DNA of 64,000 bases from Phycisphaerales bacterium. Lineage in GTDB: Bacteria; Planctomycetota; Phycisphaerae; Phycisphaerales; UBA1924. The DNA is taken from positions 2,624,001-2,688,000 of the forward strand of contig OZ245777.1 in NCBI GenBank assembly GCA_965227775.1, in the 5' to 3' direction. Within the stretch, counting starts at the first letter, position 1; every line of letters begins with the position of its first letter. Both the position numbers and the translations under genes were made by a program. This document shows, in pieces, positions 51,165-62,612 of this stretch. A model generated the notes under the pieces. It did no database searches. It had not been told where the DNA came from and saw only the letters and a list, made by a program, of their open reading frames with translations.

Positions 51165-51974
51165 GTGACAACAAGCCCAAGCATCCCGAACGCCGTTGAC
51201 TCCAGCACCCCGCCCCGGTTGGCGATGAGGCTGTGGCTGTGGGCAGAGATGGCATTCCTGTTCGCCTTCTTGCCCGCGTTCGCCGCCGCGGTCATGGATC
51301 CAAAGAATAGATTCGACGGGCTGTTCAACGCCGTTGGGCTCAACGTGCTGGCCGAACCACCGGTAGCTCCCGGCGCGTTCCTGTTTCCGACGCTCATCGC
51401 CTCGGCCCTGCTCTTTGGCATCTGGCTGGCGATCGACCCGGCATATCCGGTGCGCCAGTTGTGGAACTGGTCCGCCCTCCGCAAGGACAGCAAGCGCATC
51501 TTCGGCTTGTTCGCGATCAACGCGGTTGGCATGCTTGCCGTGGCCTATGCGCTCTCCCAGCTGACCGGCTTGATGACCCGCACCTCGCGGAGCGGCCAAG
51601 AGATGGACGCGTTCCTGGCCTTGCCACGCGAGGCCCCCATTGTGTTGCTCTTCATCGCCATCGGCTATCCATGGCTGAGCGCCTACCCGCAGGAGATCAC
51701 CCACCGTGCCTTCTTCTTCCATCGCTACCGCCGGATCGTGCCGGATATCCGCGTGCTGTTCGTTCTCAACGTGCTGGCCTTCACCTGGCTGCACGCGCCG
51801 TTCTGGCACTGGATGGCCTTCGCAGTGACGCTGCCGGGCGGCGTGCTCTTCGCGTGGACATATCTGCGCACGAAGTCCACGCTCGCCGCCGGCATGGAGC
51901 ACGCCATCTACGGCTGGTGGCTGTTCTTCACGGGCATGGGGTGGTTCGTGTTTACCGGAAGCGTCGGCAGCTAG
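51165..51974 (+). CDS. CPBP (CAAX/Abi) family intramembrane metalloprotease
   Basis: PQEITHRAFF, FTWLH, EHAIYG motifs; multi-TM. Confidence 0.82.
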   Translation: MTTSPSIPNAVDSSTPPRLAMRLWLWAEMAFLFAFLPAFAAAVMDPKNRFDGLFNAVGLNVLAEPPVAPGAFLFPTLIASALLFGIWLAIDPAYPVRQLWNWSALRKDSKRIFGLFAINAVGMLAVAYALSQLTGLMTRTSRSGQEMDAFLALPREAPIVLLFIAIGYPWLSAYPQEITHRAFFFHRYRRIVPDIRVLFVLNVLAFTWLHAPFWHWMAFAVTLPGGVLFAWTYLRTKSTLAAGMEHAIYGWWLFFTGMGWFVFTGSVGS

Positions 51975-52277
51975 TCACGCTCGAGTCGCTTCGTGAGCGC
52001 GCTGCGGAGCTTCTGGGCCGCGTCGTTGATCGCGGGGTAATAGTCGTCGGCGTGGGCCTCGACGGCGATCGGATCGCGCCCCCCGCGGCCGGGCTTCGAT
52101 GGTGCATCGCTTGTCGGCCGGCCCGTGCTTCTTCGAGCTGTTCTCGTCGGCGATGTGGACCTCAAATCCCGTGAGGTGCTTGTACAAGTGACCCACCTGC
52201 GACTCAAGCTGCTGCTCGACGTGCTGCTGCAGTGCACCGGACGACTCGACATTGGCGTAGTTGTATTGGATGTGCAT
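51971..52277 (-). pseudogene. HPF/RaiA-family ribosome-associated protein, frameshifted
   Basis: N-half MHIQ...EVHIADEN..KHGPADKRCTIEARPRG and C-half RDPIAVEAHADDYYPAINDAAQKLRSAL are in different frames, switching at the C6 run 52079-52084. Confidence 0.75.
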
Positions 52278-52401
52278 GGGGCCTCCTCTATCGACGACGA
52301 TATGGTCGTCGCTCGTACGATTGTGTCGTCCGAGAGGTTCGCTCCACACACTGTCGGCCAACGCTGCCAGTTGGTCCGACCATGTTGTAGGAAGACCACT
52401 C

Positions 52402-53028
52402 ATGATGATGCCCGACTGTCCCGTTGCGGAGCTTGCTGAAGCAAATGAGTTTGTCTTGCTGGTTGAACGCTACAGGAATGGCACTGAGTCCATTACCCGG
52501 GTCATCGAGTGCTTGCGCGCCCACGAATCAGACTGCGGCGTTGAGCTCATCGCTCCAGGCTTGCCGTACACGGTTATCTATCCTGATGTGGATTCGAGTG
52601 CGATAGTCGTGCGTGGTGATGCGCGATTCGAGCACCTCGTCGACCTTCCGGATGAGCCGTCGTTGGGCCAGGTGTTTGCTGCGATCGAACGGGGAGAAGA
52701 GTTGCCATCAGCCAGATCAGATGCCTGGGACGAGATGGAAGCTCAACTATCCCCGTTCCTCTCGCGAACATGGGCTCTCCTTTGGGCGAGCCATCCTGAC
52801 GATTGCGACCTCTCAGTCGATGATACTTACTTTGTCCATGCGACGGCACGCGCCTACGGAGCGTTGTACGCACGATGGGCAAACAACACCACTTGGCTTG
52901 GACTGCAAGGTTGGGAGTACACCCACTTTTACTACAGCATGGGGCTGACCGAGGATTTCTACCAGTGGCTTCAGACCCTGCATGCGGTGGTCGTCGAGAA
53001 GACCAGGCAGCGTGCCAGCGCTGGGTAG
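52402..53028 (+). CDS. Hypothetical protein
   Basis: 208-aa ORF filling the gap, lower GC than neighbours, no recognised motif. Confidence 0.5.
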   Translation: MMMPDCPVAELAEANEFVLLVERYRNGTESITRVIECLRAHESDCGVELIAPGLPYTVIYPDVDSSAIVVRGDARFEHLVDLPDEPSLGQVFAAIERGEELPSARSDAWDEMEAQLSPFLSRTWALLWASHPDDCDLSVDDTYFVHATARAYGALYARWANNTTWLGLQGWEYTHFYYSMGLTEDFYQWLQTLHAVVVEKTRQRASAG

Positions 53029-53121
53029 GACGCAGTTTCTGTACGATGCAGGCCGCAGCGTGCCTTCACGCGTCTCGACCACCCCCCTACCCTCTCCCAC
53101 CACTCCAAAGGACCCCCAAAC

Positions 53122-54756
53122 ATGACCCAAGCCGCCGCTCCCGCGTCCAGCACCGACACGCACGTCACCCTGCCCGCCGACAGCAACCAGGCCCGCGGCA
53201 TCGCCCGCTACGCCATCGACTTCATGGCCTCGGGCACGCCCGACCAGAGCGTGCTGGATCGGACAAACCTCTTCTACACCGACGCGTGCCTCTGCGGCGT
53301 GAGTGCTCTGGCCCTTCGCACCAACGCCCCCACCATCTTGCGTGCCGAGGCGCTCGAGTACGCCGTGCCCGAGGGGCACACCGGCAAGCCGCTGGGCACC
53401 GCGACGACGCATGGCGCGACCTGCTTCGGGTCGAGCCAGCGGGTAAAGGCCGAGAAGGCGATCCTCGCGAACGCCAACGCGGTGCGCGAGTGGGATAGCA
53501 ACGGCACGAATTTCGGATACAACCCCGCCCTCGGCCACACGGCCGGCGAGTTCGGGCACAACGACTTCTACGCCGTGCCGGTGGCGGCGGCCCAGATGCT
53601 CGGCGCGGGCGGCGACGTCGCGCTCAAGGGCATGGTGTGCCTCGATGAGATCCGCGGCCGCTTGGCCGAGGTGTTCAGCCTCAAGACGTACAAGGTCGAC
53701 CACGTCGTGCACGGCGCGATCGCCAGCGCGGCCGTGTTCGGCGCGATGCTCGGCGCGACGGAAGACCAGATCGAGCGTGCGATCGGCATGGTCGTGGCCC
53801 ACTACATCCCGTTCCGTGCTATCCGCGCGGGCAAGCAGCTCAGCGATAGCAAGGGCGCCAGCGCTGCGATCAGCACCGAGGTCGCGATCCTCAGCATGAA
53901 GCGTGCGATGGCCGGCTTCCTGGGCCCGCGCGACATCTTCCGCAACCCCGAGGCGATCTTCCGCATCTTCGAGGGGCCTGGGCAGATGTTCAAGGCCGTG
54001 AACGCGAGCGACGCCAACACCGAGCAGGCGGACGCCTCGCCGTTCGATCTCGTGCTGGCAACCTCGGGCAACGACTTCGCCGTCATGGGCATGCACTTCA
54101 AGCTGGGCCTGTACGAGCACCAGAGCGCGGGCGCGTTGCAGGCGGTCATCGACCTGTTCACGAAGAATCCGAGCCTGCTCGAGCAGGCCGACGGCGGCGC
54201 GATCAAGAACATCAACATCGTCGCGTACGAGCCCGCTTTCGGCATCATTGGCGATCCGGCCAAGCGCACCCCCACGACCCGCCAGAGCGCCGACCACAGC
54301 ATGGTCTACATCGTCTCGACGCTCATCCGCAAGGCCCTCGAGACCAAGACCGTCAACTGGAAGGACCTTATCCTCACGCCCTACGACTACGACCGCGCGT
54401 CGATCCATAACCCCGTGACGCGGGCTCTGATGGACAAGATCACCTTCGAGCACGGCGGCGACGAGTACGACAGCCGCTACCCCGACGGCATCCCCACCAG
54501 CATGGTCATCACCGATACGAGCGGCAACACGCACGACTCGGGCCTGGTCATGTACCCCGCCGGCCACGCCCGCAACACGACCGCTGACCTGCACGACATC
54601 CTGGCCAACAAGTTCCGCGTGATGGGCTCGCTGGCGGGCGACGCCGACGCGATCGTGGGCCGCTTCGAGAACTTCGCGAGCAAGAGCGCGGCCGAGGTCG
54701 CCGGGGTGCACGATTTCGAGATCGCGTACAAGGATGATTTCGACGACGCGGAGTAG
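53122..54756 (+). CDS. MmgE/PrpD family protein (2-methylcitrate dehydratase-like)
   Basis: AVREWDSN, GHND, IRAGKQLSDSKG, TRQSADHS, PAGHARN. Confidence 0.85.
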   Translation: MTQAAAPASSTDTHVTLPADSNQARGIARYAIDFMASGTPDQSVLDRTNLFYTDACLCGVSALALRTNAPTILRAEALEYAVPEGHTGKPLGTATTHGATCFGSSQRVKAEKAILANANAVREWDSNGTNFGYNPALGHTAGEFGHNDFYAVPVAAAQMLGAGGDVALKGMVCLDEIRGRLAEVFSLKTYKVDHVVHGAIASAAVFGAMLGATEDQIERAIGMVVAHYIPFRAIRAGKQLSDSKGASAAISTEVAILSMKRAMAGFLGPRDIFRNPEAIFRIFEGPGQMFKAVNASDANTEQADASPFDLVLATSGNDFAVMGMHFKLGLYEHQSAGALQAVIDLFTKNPSLLEQADGGAIKNINIVAYEPAFGIIGDPAKRTPTTRQSADHSMVYIVSTLIRKALETKTVNWKDLILTPYDYDRASIHNPVTRALMDKITFEHGGDEYDSRYPDGIPTSMVITDTSGNTHDSGLVMYPAGHARNTTADLHDILANKFRVMGSLAGDADAIVGRFENFASKSAAEVAGVHDFEIAYKDDFDDAE

Positions 54757-55151
54757 TGCCTCATGTCAGAAGGAGATAAACGGTTCACGAATGATCACGA
54801 GGCAACTGGAGCCCGATCGAACTTCAGAGAGCGGACTGGTCTTGCACGATGGAGGGCGCAGCAGTTCTTCCGGGATCGGTAAACGAGCACCGCGGCCAAC
54901 CGGCGCGACCCCACGAATCACTTCCGAGCACCCACCCAACGCGGGCCATGGCGCGACGCTGTTGGCGAGCGCCCGCGCGATCACGCCCGAGCACGGCACG
55001 CGGGCACAAGTTCGATAGCGCGTCTGCGGCCACCCGTGGCCGATCCGGGCTCGCGGTGGCCAATTGGCCTGCCGCGGCCTTCAGCGGCCCGAAACGCGCT
55101 GCGTTTCGGGCCCGACGTCGTATAATCGGGCAATCTCAGCGGGGGTCATTC

Positions 55152-55958
55152 GTGCCGGATCCAGTGTTGTACCCAAGGCCGAGCAGTCGGACGTCGCGAG
55201 GGCACGGCTCAACGCGCGCGCGCCGCGGCGTGACGCTAATGGAGCTACTCGTCGTGCTCGCCCTGCTGGGCGTGCTCCTTGGCATCCTGATACCGGTGCT
55301 GAGCGGCGCCATCGATTCGGCCCGCTCGTTCCGCTGTCAGATGTCGCTGCGCAACGTCGCGTACGACCTGCATATGTTCGTCGACCCGAGGCTCGACCAG
55401 GGCCGCACGCACGACCCTTGCACCCGGCACGGACACGTCGCGCTCGAGACGTTCCAGGAGAGCTTGTACGGCATCGACGAGTACTGGCGGTACGGGTCGG
55501 GCCGCTCGCAGGTGGCCCTTGACGCTGCCCACGATGTGCCGCTGCGGTGCGCGGCCGTGCGAGGCGACCTGGTGCTGCGGCGCGATGCGCCGTGCTCGGG
55601 CGGCGGGGTCGCCAGCTGGGACACGGTGTCGTACACCTTCAATGCCAGGCTGCACCGCGTCGAGGGGGCCGGGGGCCGCAGCACGAGCACGTGCCTGAGC
55701 GAACGCACGATCGGCGAGTCGATGGTGCCGCTGGCGTGGGACGTCGACGGCCGCGAGGCGACGCGCCGCGGCATCACGCCGGTGTACTCGGCCCCGCCCA
55801 CCGATGGCGACACGATCTACGACGACGGGCGGATGTGGATGCCCGCGTTGCGCCACGGCTCGGGCACCAACGTCGCGTTCCTCGATGGCCACGTCGACTC
55901 GTCGCGCACGCCGCTGGAAGAGTCTAGTTGGCGGTGGGGCTTCGCGCAATCGCACTAA
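55152..55958 (+). CDS. Prepilin-type N-terminal / H-X9-DG domain protein
   Basis: RRG|VTLMELLVVLALLGVLLGILIP; C-terminal RHGSGTNVAFLDGHV; start uncertain. Confidence 0.85.
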   Translation: MPDPVLYPRPSSRTSRGHGSTRARRGVTLMELLVVLALLGVLLGILIPVLSGAIDSARSFRCQMSLRNVAYDLHMFVDPRLDQGRTHDPCTRHGHVALETFQESLYGIDEYWRYGSGRSQVALDAAHDVPLRCAAVRGDLVLRRDAPCSGGGVASWDTVSYTFNARLHRVEGAGGRSTSTCLSERTIGESMVPLAWDVDGREATRRGITPVYSAPPTDGDTIYDDGRMWMPALRHGSGTNVAFLDGHVDSSRTPLEESSWRWGFAQSH

Positions 55959-56018
55959 TGGGCGGCCCGCGTTCGACCCCGTATCGCCCCGCCCGTCGCC
56001 GCGACGCAGGTTCGTGAC

Positions 56019-57497
56019 ATGGCCCGGCACTCGCTCAAAACCAGATTCGCATGCCTGCTGGCGGCCTTCGGCGTTGTCGTCGCCATCAACATCGCGACGA
56101 TGCTCTGGGGCCTGGTTTTTCTGTCGCGGCAGCTCGACCAGCCGATGCGGGCGACCGAGACGGCAATGCGGCTCCTGAGCACGGCCAAGCGGGCCGCCGG
56201 CACGCAGCACAACCTCATCGCCGAGGGCACGGAGGCGGCGGCCATCGGGCCGGCCAGGCCTGCGAGCGACGAGGCGGACACCATCGATCGCGATCTCGTG
56301 CTCGCAGAAGGCGCGAAGGCCAGACAGGCCGCCGCAGACCTGATCGAAGCGTCCAATCTGGAGATCGTGCTGGGACGGGGCGCGCCGCGATACTTGGCCA
56401 GCCGCATCGCGCTCGCCGAGGCGTCGGTTCGTTCGTGGCTGGACACCGGCGACGAGGCCGACCGCGACGAAGCGCTCGACATGCTGTTCGACATCCACGA
56501 GCGGATCGAGGTGACCGAGCAGAACGTCATCGCGAACGCGGAGCGGGCCAGCGACCACACGGACGAAATGCGTGAGCGCGTGCTGTTTTCGCTCGCCGCG
56601 AGCGTATCGATCGCGCTGCTGTCGGGCCTGCTCGCGGTGCAGCTCGTGCGCCGGTGGGTGCTGCTGCAAGTCGCCGAGCTCCGCGCCGCCACCGAGCGGT
56701 TCGCCCGAGGCGAGCTGGACTACCGCGTCGATGTGCTCGGAAAGGGCGAGCTGGCCGAACTCGCTGGCGAATTCAACGCCATGGCCGGCACGATCTCCTC
56801 GATGCAGGCCGAACGAATCGAGCGAGAGCGGCTGGCCGCGTTCGGCACGGCGACCGGCCGCATCGTGCACAACATCAAGAGCCCCCTGTCGGGCATCCGA
56901 ATGATGGCCGAACTCGCCGAGAGCGAGCCGAACGACACCGAGCGTACCGAGCAGCTTTCGCGCATCGTGTCGACCGTCGATCGCGTGAACGTGTGGCTCA
57001 AGCGCCTGCTGGACCTCTCGCGGCCCGAGGAGCTCAACGTTTCGAACCTCGATCCGCGGCGGTGGCTGGTCGAGTCGCTTGCCTCGCTGGCTGATCGGGC
57101 CAGGGCTGCCGACGTGGAGCTCGAGATCGATACCAAAGACGCCCCCGCCGAGGCATCCATCGACGCCGCCCAGCTCGAACAAGCGATCATCGCGCTGGTC
57201 TCAAATGCGCTCGATGCAACCCCCGGCGGCCGTTCGGTGGCCGTCCGCGCCTGGATCGAGAACGGCGAGTCGGCCCCCGCGCGATGGGGCATCGACGTCC
57301 GAGATGGCGGGCCCGGCGTGCCGCCCGAGGTCGAGGAGAAGCTCTTTCAGCCCTACTTCACGACGAAGCCGCAGGGCAATGGCATCGGGCTTGCAATGGT
57401 GCAGAAGGTCGCGCGGGACCACGGCGGTGATGCCTGGCTGCGCGACGCTGGCGTGGGCCGCGGCGCGGTGTTCGGCGTCTGGCTCCCGATAGAATGA
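56019..57497 (+). CDS. HAMP-domain sensor histidine kinase
   Basis: Two TMs, HAMP, HNIKSPL H-box, NALDA, DGGPG, FTTK, GIGL. Confidence 0.93.
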   Translation: MARHSLKTRFACLLAAFGVVVAINIATMLWGLVFLSRQLDQPMRATETAMRLLSTAKRAAGTQHNLIAEGTEAAAIGPARPASDEADTIDRDLVLAEGAKARQAAADLIEASNLEIVLGRGAPRYLASRIALAEASVRSWLDTGDEADRDEALDMLFDIHERIEVTEQNVIANAERASDHTDEMRERVLFSLAASVSIALLSGLLAVQLVRRWVLLQVAELRAATERFARGELDYRVDVLGKGELAELAGEFNAMAGTISSMQAERIERERLAAFGTATGRIVHNIKSPLSGIRMMAELAESEPNDTERTEQLSRIVSTVDRVNVWLKRLLDLSRPEELNVSNLDPRRWLVESLASLADRARAADVELEIDTKDAPAEASIDAAQLEQAIIALVSNALDATPGGRSVAVRAWIENGESAPARWGIDVRDGGPGVPPEVEEKLFQPYFTTKPQGNGIGLAMVQKVARDHGGDAWLRDAGVGRGAVFGVWLPIE

Positions 57498-57536
57498 GCA
57501 CCAGGCGGGCCAGCAGTGGCCGCGCGGAGGCCACCG

Positions 57537-58960
<1,424 letters not shown>

Positions 58961-58964
<4 letters not shown>

Positions 58965-60433
58965 CACGCCAACGCTCCACGATCTTTGCGACGCTCGCCG
59001 CGCTCTTGGTCTCTGCGGCCCTGCACGCGGATCCGCTGGAAGAGATCTGGAACGACCTCATCGGCGACGCGGTTCTCCGGCCCACCGATCGTGGCGGTTT
59101 CGGCTCGGTGCACCCCGATGCCGTCTTGCCCGACGTCGTATCGCTTGGGATCGGCGGCTGGCAACCCTTCTCGCCGGCGAGTGATCCGTATTCGGGCTTC
59201 CTGGTGGAGAGCCGGGGCTCGGACATCTTCCGCGTGCAACTCGTGCTCGAGGGGCTCGTCAATCCGCCCGGCACGCTGGGGCTAAGCGGCCAGCCATTCG
59301 ATCCCTACCGCTTCGGACCCAGCCCACTCTTCGGATTCATCGAGCTCGACGTCGATGACCGCAAGGACACCGGCGGGCACCTGGGCGCCTCGGCGGAGAG
59401 CCGATTCATGGCCAACGTGGCGCGGTTTGGTTCCAGTCCCGAGGGCTCGATCGGCGAACGCATCGCGACCTCCGCCGACGACTACGACCGAAATCTGTTC
59501 ACGGGCCCCCAGTTCGAGCGGAGCGGTGCCGACTGGTCGCTCGCATTCTGCGGTTGCTCATCGGTTACGCTCGTCAGCGAGCAGGGCAACGGGAACGGGC
59601 TTCTTGAGGCCGGAGAAACCATGATCGTGCGCGGCCGGTTTTTCGCACGCTCGGAGGGCTACATCCAGGGCAGCGGCATGAGCGGCGGCTCCGTGCCGGG
59701 CGCGTACGACCCTTGGGTTGAGATCCGATTCGAGCACGACGCGGGAGGCGACCAAACCGTCGTTACCTTTGTCGGGGCCGTGACCAATCGCGGCTACGGC
59801 GAACTCACGGGCACGCCGACGCCACCGGTGAACTTCCGCGCCGATGACGGCTGGAGCATCGAGGAGGGCGTGACCGACCTCATCGACGCGGCGAGCCGAC
59901 CTTTCGGCGGCGAGGCGTGGCAGTTGATCGAGGACTGGGATGGCCGCGATGCCGACGACTCGCTCGAGCCCGTCGACTGGAGCGCTACGGCCCTCCTCGG
60001 AACGAGCTACACCGACCAGTTTGTTGACGGCCTGTTCGTGTGGACCGATGCTGGATTCGACCTGAAGACTGGCGACTTCGACGGCGACTCGTTCGCGGGC
60101 CCGCTCGACCAGGAGCAACTACGCAACTGGGTCTACACACAGGATGGCAGTGGACTCGATGCCGATGGAGTTAAGAACGGTGTCGTGACGCTTGACGACA
60201 CTCCGTTTAATTTCTCGCTCTACGACCTCGACGCCGACGGTCGCGTACGGCACCAAGACCTGGCCGCGTACGGACCGCGGGCCGACCTCACGGGCGACGG
60301 TGCGCTGGACATCTTCGACTTCCTTGCGTTCCAGAATCTGTTCGATGCTGGCGACCTGCGCGCTGACTTCGATTTCAGCGAGACGCTGGATATCTTCGAC
60401 TTCCTTGCGTTCCAGAACGCGTTCGATGGATGA
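58961..60433 (+). CDS. Secreted protein with extra EF-hand/dockerin-like motifs and a Cys-less GC-type dockerin
   Basis: Signal peptide; GDFDGD and DLDADG motifs; tail ADLTGDGALDIFDFLAFQN...NAFDG. Confidence 0.8.
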
Positions 60434-60550
60434 AGGATCATGTGGCCATGAGCGGCCACCATGCAAAGGCGTGCTGGCCAGCGATAGCCCGGAGCAATGC
60501 CACAGTCTCGAGCAAACGCCCTTGCCTTCGCGGCAGGGGCGTGTTTCGTT

Positions 60551-60567
60551 CTGGCACGGCGATTGCC
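60551..60567 (+). promoter_or_regulatory. Sigma54 (-24/-12) promoter
   Basis: CTGGCACGGCGATTGC matches YTGGCACG-N4-TTGC with GG-N10-GC spacing. Confidence 0.75.
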
Positions 60568-60643
60568 ATGTGGTGTGGTGCGTCGCGACCGGAGGAGGAT
60601 CGCGGCGCACGAAGCACTCCCCACCAACCCCAGGAGAATGAAG

Positions 60644-61933
60644 ATGCAACGCAACACCATGACACGAACGCTCATCCTCGCACTCGCCGCCGGTGCTGTC
60701 GCCAGCACCGCCAGCGCACAGATTAGTTTCGGCCCTCGTACGGACCTGGCCACCGCCCAGCGTCCCTCTGGCGTCGCTGCCGCCGACTTTACGGGCGACG
60801 CTATCGTCGATCTGGCCATCATCGCCGACAACAACGACCGCATCCTCGTCTTCGTCGGCGACGGTGCTGGAAACTTCACCCCTGGCCCCGTGACGTTCCT
60901 CGGCGCGGGCGTTGGCGCCGACGCGACCATCAGCCACGACGTGGATGGCGACGGTGATGAGGACCTCGTTGTGGTGTTCGACGGGCCCAACCGCGCCCAG
61001 ATCATGCTGAACAACGGCGCTGGTTCGTTTACCGCCGGCGGGAGTGCTCCGACGCAGTTCGAGCCGGTCTGGATCGCCAAGGGCGATCTCAACGGCAACC
61101 CGCAGGCCGACTTCGTGGTGGTCAACCGTGACTCGAACTCTGTATCAATCATGCTCGACCTCGGCGCGTCAACCACGAGCACGGTCATCGCCGTAGGCCT
61201 CGAGCCCCGCGCGGTCGCCATCGCCGACTTCACGGGCGACGGCCTGGCCGACTTGGCGGTCACCAGCCACGACGACCGCACCGTGCGCATCCTCAACGGC
61301 AATGGCGCGGGCGGCTTTACGCCCGGCCAGGTGATCAGCACGCCCGGTGATCGCCCCGAGGGCATTGTCGCGGCCGACCTTGACTCCGATGGCGACCAGG
61401 ACTTTGCCATCACGATCGACAACAACGTCGACGTGTACGCCAACAACGCAGGCGCGCTGACGCGGGCCGGCCGCTTCCCGGTTGGCTCGGTCGATCCCTC
61501 CGAGATGTACGTGGGCAACTTCGCTCCCGGTTCGGCCTCCGGCCCGGACATCCTGACCGTCAACAATGACGGTGGCTCGATTTCGGTGTTTGAGAATGTG
61601 GGCGGCCTTGGATTCGGCGCCGCACTGGTATTGCCCACCGGCGTGCAGCCCGACTTTGCAGCCGTGGCCGATTTTGATGGCAATGGATCGAGCGACATCG
61701 CCGTCACCAACCGCGACAGCAACAGCACGAGCGTGTTCGTGAATGACGCGGCCGGAACGACGCCCTGCCCGGCTGACTTCGACGGCGATGGCAGCCTGAA
61801 CCTCTTCGACTTCCTGGCGTTCCAATCGGCATTCGACGCCATGGACCCAAGGGCCGACATCGACGGCGACGGCGCGTTCACCGTCTTCGACTTCCTCGGC
61901 TTCCAGAACCTCTTTGTTGCCGGCTGCCCCTGA
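60644..61933 (+). CDS. FG-GAP repeat protein with GC-type dockerin
   Basis: AGGAG RBS, signal peptide, seven DFxGDG..DL-type repeats, tail ending VAGCP. Confidence 0.88.
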   Translation: MQRNTMTRTLILALAAGAVASTASAQISFGPRTDLATAQRPSGVAAADFTGDAIVDLAIIADNNDRILVFVGDGAGNFTPGPVTFLGAGVGADATISHDVDGDGDEDLVVVFDGPNRAQIMLNNGAGSFTAGGSAPTQFEPVWIAKGDLNGNPQADFVVVNRDSNSVSIMLDLGASTTSTVIAVGLEPRAVAIADFTGDGLADLAVTSHDDRTVRILNGNGAGGFTPGQVISTPGDRPEGIVAADLDSDGDQDFAITIDNNVDVYANNAGALTRAGRFPVGSVDPSEMYVGNFAPGSASGPDILTVNNDGGSISVFENVGGLGFGAALVLPTGVQPDFAAVADFDGNGSSDIAVTNRDSNSTSVFVNDAAGTTPCPADFDGDGSLNLFDFLAFQSAFDAMDPRADIDGDGAFTVFDFLGFQNLFVAGCP

Positions 61934-62201
61934 TCCCTGAGCGGTCGTGATCCCCTGATCCCCTGTCTGTTTCTCTCTCCATGCCCCGGGCGGCGGCCGA
62001 TCCACGAGACGGCCGCCGTCTTTGTGTTCGGGTGGTGATGTCGAGCACGCGCGCCTCGGCTCGGCCGCTCGCCGTACGGGACTACGTGGTCACGACCATG
62101 GTGGCACAGGCGTCGGCTCGCCTTGAGGGTCCCAAAACCCAAAGCCCCCGGGGCATCCCCTTCGTCCCATAGAAAAACCGCCCTGGCGCCCCCAGGAAGC
62201 G

Positions 62202-62516
62202 TTGATGCTCGACGATCAGTCGTTGATCGTCGAGCATCAGTCGTTCATGGAGCTCCATCAAGAGCTGATCGTCGAGCATCAGGAGCTGATGGACGCCGAT
62301 CAGTCGTTGACGGAGGCTGATGAGGAGTTCATGGAGGACGATCGAAAGCTGATGGAAGACGATCAGTCGTTGATGGAGGCCGATCAAGAGCTGATGGACG
62401 TCCGTCAATGACTGATGGAGGCTCATGAGTAGTTCACGGAGCTTCATCAGGAGCTGATGGGGACCAATCAGGAGTTGATCGGAGTCCATCGATGACCCAT
62501 GGAGCCCCATCAGGAG
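62202..62516. repeat. Degenerate tandem array, 15 x 21 bp, palindromic unit
   Basis: Units YTGAT-N8-ATCAR+3 nt, e.g. CTGATCGTCGAGCATCAGGAG, TTGATGGAGGCCGATCAAGAG. Confidence 0.88.
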
Positions 62517-62612
62517 CCCGGGTCGCTCTCAAGAGAGCGTCCGATCATGCAGCGCGTACCCGCAGATCCCTTGCCGCGTCGGTCGTTCTCGGAACCATGA
62601 CCGCGGCCGCGC

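Noticed and set aside
51165..51974. CPBP/Abi gene as prophage defence cargo
   Set aside because: Lies outside attR; the family name alone does not show abortive-infection function
52813..57182. Long antisense ORFs (52813-54711, 55245-57182; likewise 31256-32794, 36121-37284, 60220-62142)
   Set aside because: Reverse-frame shadows typical of high-GC coding sequence, opposite well-supported genes
62202..62516. CRISPR array
   Set aside because: Period is only 21 bp with no unique 25-45 bp spacers, and no cas genes in the window
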